The translations under genes and the position numbers were made by a program. From assembly GCA_043228905.1 (NCBI GenBank), contig JBHGNT010001452.1:1-8260 (forward strand): a stretch of DNA of 8,260 bases, read 5' to 3'. The DNA comes from Azolla caroliniana. Its lineage: Eukaryota > Plantae > Polypodiophyta. Shown piece by piece: positions 7,666 through 8,260 of this stretch. Positions within the stretch are counted from its first letter, which is position 1. Each line of letters opens with the position of its first letter. The notes beneath the pieces are model-generated. The model did no database searches. It was not told where the DNA came from and was given only the letters and a program-made list of their open reading frames with translations.

Positions 7666-8260
7666 GGTTTCCGCATAATCAATTATGTGCGTTTGTGCAT
7701 ATCCTTTTGCGACGAGTCGTACTTTGAGGCGATTCACTAAGCCATCAACATTGTATTTGACCTTATAGATCCATCTGCAACCAATTGCTTTCATATGAGG
7801 TGAATGGGGAACAAGATCCCATGTCTCGTTTTTGCACAAGCCCTGCATTTCTTCATTCATCGCGTCGACCCATCACGGGTCCTTCACAACTTCGGAAAGT
7901 GCTTCCGGCTCTCAGACAGTTGCTACCTTCATCATCAAGGTGTAATGATACGCCATGTACTCATCATAGCCGAATCGGCTGACGAGGTTCTTTTCACGAG
8001 TAGACTAGCGTAGCTTCTCGTTCGCAGAGACTAATGCTTTCTTCGCTCCATTCTTCTGGATGATCGGGATGTCCAGGCCTTCGATGTCACTGTCAAGGGA
8101 GTGAGTTGACTCGTTGTCAATTGGATCTTTATATTCGGACATCTTAGCCTTCCCTTTGTCGAGTTTCAAACTCAGCCGAGATGTGCTTTGGTCACTTGGG
8201 GGCTCCTGTGGTCCCACTAAGCCTTGTCATATGCGGGCTATCTTCGTACATGTATCTGAG
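7666..8260 (-). pseudogene. pol: Copia IN-RT linker and RT N-terminus (element C), disrupted
   Basis: LR*STREK..., EP..., WVDAMNEEM...NETWDLVP...IGCRWIYKVK...RLKVRLVAKGYAQ...IDYAET, with in-frame stops. Confidence 0.93.

Larger units (their letters stand above)
4929..8260 (-). mobile_element. Ty1/copia LTR retrotransposon C, degenerate; 5' part runs off the window
   Basis: Minus-strand order is IN-RT linker, RT, RNase H, 3' UTR, PPT, LTR. Assigning 7666-8260 to the same copy as 5836-6840 is inferred from collinear domain order. Confidence 0.85.

Noticed and set aside
1-8260. CRISPR array, retron or other prokaryotic RT-based system; env-like extra ORF
   Set aside because: There is no repeat-spacer array, the RTs are plainly copia-type (YVDD) within LTR elements, and the RNase H-to-LTR interval is only about 185 bp with no ORF.

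Overview
Plant-type nested transposon cluster with no host gene. It holds three degenerate Ty1/copia LTR retrotransposons, all on the minus strand, plus two smaller insertions. Element A (<1-4170) is Tnt1/Tork-like, with a 5' LTR at 3593-4170, a tRNA-iMet PBS and a gag-PR-IN-RT frame broken by about 6 stops and 3 frameshifts; it cuts into the integrase of element B. Element B (4171-4928) survives only as a PR/GAG-pre-IN/IN fragment. Element C (4929->8260) abuts B's gag/PR junction with its 3' LTR (4929-5650) and has a PPT and RT-RNaseH. C's LTR carries a 433-bp TGTTA...TAACA solo LTR flanked by a perfect AGTTC target-site duplication. About 340 bp of C's RT core is replaced by an unclassified ~825-bp segment (6841-7665) containing two tandem tRNA-like (A/B-box) units and a dense palindrome cluster beside a TATA box. 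I see no intact novel protein-coding system; the unclassified segment is the least explained part. All calls are by eye, without database searches.
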